64,000 bases of DNA from contig NW_003314268.1 in NCBI RefSeq assembly GCF_000143415.4, positions 1,286,672 to 1,350,671 on the forward strand, in the 5' to 3' direction. The notes under the pieces were generated by a model. It was not told the origin of the DNA. It worked only from the letters and a program-made list of their open reading frames with translations, and made no database searches. The stretch's first letter is position 1. Every line of letters begins with the position of its first letter. Below, piece after piece: positions 58,679 to 64,000 of this stretch. Both the position numbers and the translations under genes were made by a program. This stretch comes from Selaginella moellendorffii (Eukaryota > Plantae > Lycopodiophyta).

Positions 58679-58880
58679 TGAAAGCCCAAAGCGTGTGTTC
58701 CTCAAAGGGGGGGCTGTGGGGGGTTCCAAATGTATAGTAGGGATAGTGGGTAGGTCGGGCATGGCCGACCAACCTGAGGCATAGTTTAGCTCCCGCTTGC
58801 GTGCCTGTCCTTGTTCTGCGTCCGGCTTGGGTCTAAGCCCAAGTTCCATTCCATGCTAGCTGGTGGAGTACCCGACTAAG
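58679..58880 (+). mobile_element. Start of the 3' LTR of the host element (52010-52789 + 58449-58880) into which the chromovirus inserted
   Basis: Purine-rich tract AGGGAGGCTTGGGG then TGAAAGCCCAAAG; same family as 1981, 45282 and 51528. Confidence 0.6.
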
Positions 58881-60358
58881 GGAAAATTCTAGCGGCTGGA
58901 GATGGAGGAAGAATGAAAAAGCACGACTGCCCATTTGGAGATACAAGCTGCACAAGATACGAGGACTGCCTTTTGTGTGGATTCAGAAATTGTGCTAAAC
59001 CATACAAGCAATGCTATCCAAAATGGCAATGCGACACTTGCAAACAAGCAAAAGCAAGACTGCAAATCAGGGATGACATTGCCGCAACGGAAGAGAGAAA
59101 GAAACGAGAAGAAATAGCCCACGAAAATGACACCAAAAAGAGTGACGATAGTTTAAAAAAAAAAAGAAAAACAGAGCACTAATTGCTTTCAAGAATTCAA
59201 AGAAACAGTCTTGCGACTATTACACAATTTGTCCAGCAAATTGAAAGAACCAAAGGGGAGGAATGATAAAAGAGAATGAACAATCACCAAAATTTTGTAG
59301 CCCACATGAGGAGAGCGATAACAATGATGCAAAATGGAAATTTTGGGCTTGCACGAGAGACCAGCGAGATGAGAAAATCCCTCGATAGATGCAAGACTCT
59401 CAAAACTTTTTAGAAGCCATCAGGCAGCTGCCATCTAAGATTCAGGAACGAATCTTTAATTTAGTTCACAACACATTAGACAAGGAGAACTATACACCAA
59501 TTTGCAACGGCGCTATCATGCACAGTGCACAGTTTATAGGAAAACAAGATAAACAAGAATTGTATACGTGGAGAATCATCCTCGAGCTCTCGTGGAGATC
59601 TTTCGTGTACATCGATCAAGAATTTATTTATCTTAAGGAAGAAGTTGAGTGGCATACTTGGGACGCTGTCACTCGAACTTACGAAGAAATTCCAAGGTTC
59701 CTGCTTAGAGAAATACAGGAAATACTTGGACAGCAATTTGTAAGAGGATTTATTACACCGGTTGGAAGCGCAATACATGAGCTTACTGACCTCAAGATAA
59801 AGGAAGGACTGTGGGCAAAAGAGCGCTAGATAGATCTGCGCATGCATAGGCTTAAAGCAACAAAAATTTGTTAGAATCCATACCTTGAGGTGTGGACACC
59901 ATTTGAGAAGAAAAACATACAGGAATCACGAAGTTGGAAACCCGTATCAATCGGAGAAGGAGAAGTGAGAACATTAAAAATACAACCACTGCTGTATTCA
60001 GCATTTTCAAATATTACTATCGACTGGGAAACACAAATGCTCATAGTAAGAGCTCGCATTCCCGTACGACCAAAATGATGTACTTTGGAGCAATTTCACA
60101 TCTCAAAGTAAACAGATCTATGCATAGCTACTTTGCAAAATCCAGCCCTCCGTGTTTTTTGCTATGCATCCCTATAGCCAGAAGGAGCTAGAATTTGCAA
60201 ATTTTGCACAGATTCAAGCCACTCGTTGCATTTGATCTATGTTTGGTGCCACTTGGATTGCATAACTCAACTCAAACTTGTACTCACCATCCTGGAACTA
60301 AGCCATACCATTTCTTGGAGATTCTGGAGACAACAGGTACCAAAACCGAGTGGCACTA

Positions 60359-62531
60359 TGTTAGCAGTGGAAAGACATACATGAGGAGGAAGAACTCTAT
60401 TTCAACTATATATGAATGGGTACATATATATAAAAACTACTGCCACGTGGGCATAATTAGATGACAATCCCACTCATGATCAGGTGGCTAATCTATACCT
60501 GAATTCAAGCCTGAATCATGCCTAGCTAGTCTGAGATGATGAGCATTTTGCACAGCGGCCCAACTTTGGCAAGAACCACGAGCCTGAGAAGCTCTACTGC
60601 GTTGAGCTGAGTGCATCTTCCATAGAGATGGGGGGTGAAAGGCACCATCAACACAAAGAAGAAATTGAGAAAATGAGAAATCTCTCTGCAAGTAGTTTTT
60701 CTCCATTTCGTCTCATGCGTTCTATGTTCCTTGCACATTGCTTTCGTTGCATCTCTGTGTTTCTCATTTTCCTTTTCTGTTTCGAGCAGTGAACGTAGAG
60801 AGAGGTTACTGGTCCCGATAAACAGGAACTTAAGCGCCTGGTTCAGCTTGGTTGGGCGGGGAATCAAGGGATCTTCGTTTTTATAAATTCAAAACGAAAT
60901 AAGCAGCCAAAGACGAAAGGAGACGGAGGTGGGAAAACTTGTAGACCTCATTGACAAGCAGTTGGCTTCCAACTTGAAGCCTATCACCCTGGTCCAAGAG
61001 GCCCGGGAATGTAGTGTAATGGCATAGGGTGATGGCATTGCAGACCAAAACGCATACTCGGGTATGAGTGGTGCTGTTGTCTCAATAATCTCCAAAAAGT
61101 AGCTTTTCCTAGGCAGAAACACCTTTGGACATACATGAGGAAGGGGGAATCGACAGCCGATCCCACGTCACTGATCCGGGCCTCTCATCGTTACCATGGC
61201 AGGCTAAGATCAGCATGGAGCTGCTGAGGTTGCTCTTGCTGCTCCTGCAAAACAGCGAAAGATATCGAGCATTAGCAACAGTTTCCCAGCTTTCCAGATA
61301 ATTTTAGGAGAGAGAGTGCGTGTTCTCGGAGAGCTAAATCGAGAAAATAAAACATAGATTTCCAATTAACTGAAAGGTGTCATCGGGACTAAGTTTTCTG
61401 GGTTCTCCTTTTTCTCATCGCTCTGATCCTGATGATGTCCATAGCTTTTATGACTGGCCAGATGCGAGCAGGCCCTACTGTAAGACGCAAACCAGCTTGT
61501 TCTACTCACAAACGGGGGAACTTCTCTTGGGGATGGAGCGCGCTCAAAGCCTATTCGGACGCTCTCCAGGCTTCTTCCAACCGAGGGGAGCTGGGTTTCT
61601 TCGTGACCAAGTTCAAGCACATGCTCGAAGATGGTGAGCTCGCGAAGAGCACGTTAAAAGGTCTTCCGGATTGGCTTTCAGTGGAGAAGCTTATCATGGA
61701 TTCATTGGCAGGCATCTCCGGCAATTATGGATTGAGCTTGCAGGAGGAAGAGATAGGATGGTGCCTCACCATGCCTGCGATCTGGAGTGATGCATTGAAA
61801 TGGAGATGTACGCAAAGAAAGCAGGGATTGGGAGGTCTAATTTCATCCCCCTGAGAATTGTGCTGGAGCTGGAGCAAACCGATCCTTTATAAATTATGCA
61901 TGTGCAATGATTAAAACACTTCTTACAAAGGTATCAGAAATAACTGACACCACCTACAAATCTACCAATGCCTCCTCTTGATGTTCTTTAAAATCCTAGC
62001 CCATCTATGAAAGAACTCTGTTGGTTTTCCATTATTTCAAGAAGAGGTTCAAATATATGGCTATGATACTATATACTAATAATAGTATAGTAGGATTTTA
62101 ATAACTGTCGGATTGGTTTCAATCTAGACCATTCATTTTTTATATAAGTTAAGGTTTTTAGGCTAATTGATATGCACATTTTCCATATTCCCTTTCTATA
62201 TCATAAATATTATAATATACATATAGCTTAATAAGGTTATGTTAAAATTTCTTAACCCCCATTGACTTTGCTACTGCCTTTTGATGCAACGCTAGTGCAA
62301 AAGCTTTAAGCATTGCAAAAGCTCATTTTCCTTGTTATTGGCCTTATACCTAGCAAGTGTCATGCTCAGAATCAAGGAACTAATTACTTTGATACTATGT
62401 TAATAGTGGAGAGATGTGCACAAGGAGGAAAAATTCTTTGTGTATTTCAACTATATATGGACGAATACATATACATAGAAATTTCTACCACATGGGCATA
62501 ATTACATGCCACATCATCTATACCTCTAACA
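60359..62531 (-). mobile_element. Degenerate small LTR element (134-bp LTRs, TGTTA..TAACA) inserted into an Hsp70-like gene
   Basis: Direct repeats at 60359-~60470 and 62398-62531; decayed PBS (ctttgatacta, similar to rc TGGTATCAGAG) just left of 62398; near-TSD CACTA/CACTG. Confidence 0.65.
61420..61875 (+). pseudogene. HSPA12-type Hsp70 N-terminal relic
   Basis: FYDWPDASRPYCKTQTSLFY, IGWCLTMPAIWSD and LRIVLE. Confidence 0.7.
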
Positions 62532-64000
62532 CACTGCACCTTTGCAAATGGCAACATCTGGTGATGGAGGAGAGATCACCTCTCTCATCACGTCAGCATT
62601 ACTCTGGTACTTCTCCATGATCTTTATCACGAGGTAAGGACGACTCTCTGAAAATCCGCCACCCAAAAAGACATGCTTGATCATCGTGTCATGAGAGGCA
62701 ACCTTCTCCACCTCGGTGTCAAGGGTGGATCTCCTCATAATACTTCTCACCATGACCCTCTACGCATCCCAGCTGCCCATCAAATAGCTTCCATGGAAGC
62801 TCAAACAGTTTGACACCAGTTCCATTGAAACTACTCTTTCCAAGCTCTGATGATGTTCTCTAGACACCCAATCTTTCTGATCAGTAAGTCGAGAAATTTC
62901 TTGTCAACGTAAGTTCCTCCTCCCAGTCCCCCAGAACTGGCACCTTCATGTTTGGCACCTTCTCATTCGTGCATCACTCTCATCCGGATGGTGTGCGACG
63001 CTTCCACAACTGGCCAGATGGGAGTAGAAAACGTAGTCCCAAAATCCAAGCCCACTATCACCTTTGCTTGAAGAACGAGAGCTGGAAACCATAGCTGTGC
63101 CGCTACCACCACCCAAGACCGCCTAGAGCTTGTTTGACACCAATACGAGCCGAATCTCATTAATAAGCGAAATAACAGTCTGAAGGTCTTCATGATCTTC
63201 TTTTGTTGATAGAGAAAACCCTGGCAATATTTTCTTTGTGTTCAGCCATCATGTTTATTGCTACCATCTCTGAGATCAACGCAGTCGAGATTCTAGGGCT
63301 GGAAATATCAAAAGTACCAACAAAGATCTTTGTCAAGAGGTAAGCAAATCGGCTTGACGTTGGGAGCTACACAGCTTTTCCCAACTCCGTCTCAAAGATG
63401 TTCTTCACTAAGCTTGATCTTGTAATAGTCCTCGTCGTCCTGCGATTCTTCCACAGCTTCAAACACCTTGAAATCATCTTAGGAACAAATTACCGTGGTT
63501 TGGAAATTATAAAAGAGGAAAAACAGGACTTTCGAGTTTACCTCCACGTAAAAATCACGTTATTTTGAGGAAGGGAGTCCATCTCCCTTGAATGCTCTTT
63601 CTTGTGGAGATCTCTCTCGTTCTCCTCTTGATCGGTCTCCGCCCAACCAGGTTGCGCAGCCTCTTGGCTTGAACCAGGCAATCTTCGGCGCTTAAGTTCC
63701 TGAGACCAATCGTCCTCTCCCTTTTGTTCACTGCTCGAAACAGAGAAAACCGAAATGAGAAACGCAGAGATGCAAAGAAAGCAATGTAGGCAAAGATGAA
63801 ACAGGAGATGAGAACACATGAGAAACACAAAGAAAAATATAAGAGAACAGAAAAAGAAAAGCCAAAAGAGTGGATGCACGTAAACACAGACAAGCTGAGA
63901 ACACACCCGGAAGAACATGAAGAACACAACAAGAATATAAAAGAGGAGTAAAAACCACTTGTAGAGCTCTAAAACACTCACGAAAGAATGCCTCGAGATA

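Larger units (their letters stand above)
60285..63075 (-). pseudogene. HSPA12-type Hsp70 relic (63075-62532, continuing at 60358-60285), internally deleted and split by an insertion
   Basis: KVIVGLDFGTTFS, SSGGLGGGTYVD, VFLGGGFSES and VAICKGAV | PLGFG..ISKKWYG. Confidence 0.72.

Noticed and set aside
63538-63981. Hydrophobic F/L/C-rich ORFs as membrane proteins
   Set aside because: Low-complexity TC-rich UTR/intron-like sequence, also present inverted at 60735-60840.

Overview
Eukaryotic plant nuclear DNA. The tiny 45-60 bp introns, PLS-class PPR gene and compact gene spacing suggest a lycophyte such as Selaginella (inference only). About 3.5-37 kb is gene-dense: a VIT1/CCC1-domain MEB-like gene, an ARM-repeat gene, a PP2C with an RD/RS tail, SEN1/senataxin-like helicase copies (one long, one truncated duplicate, one N-terminal relic), a GT23/alpha-1,6-fucosyltransferase-like gene, a Fic/Fido-domain pseudogene, an F-box gene, P- and PLS-E PPR genes and HSPA12-type Hsp70 relics. 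About 37-64 kb is dominated by transposons: an apparently intact Mutator element (293-bp TIRs, 9-bp TSD), an old Gypsy nest holding a young TRIM and two nested 5S-carrying Cassandra-like elements, and a young full-length chromovirus. The chromovirus has 413-bp LTRs, an AATAT TSD, a tRNA-independent self-priming PBS and a classic -1 frameshift signal. A small LTR element splits an Hsp70-like gene and itself contains Hsp70-like sequence. There is a 100-N assembly gap at 42210-42309. Exon boundaries were read by eye, so some are approximate.
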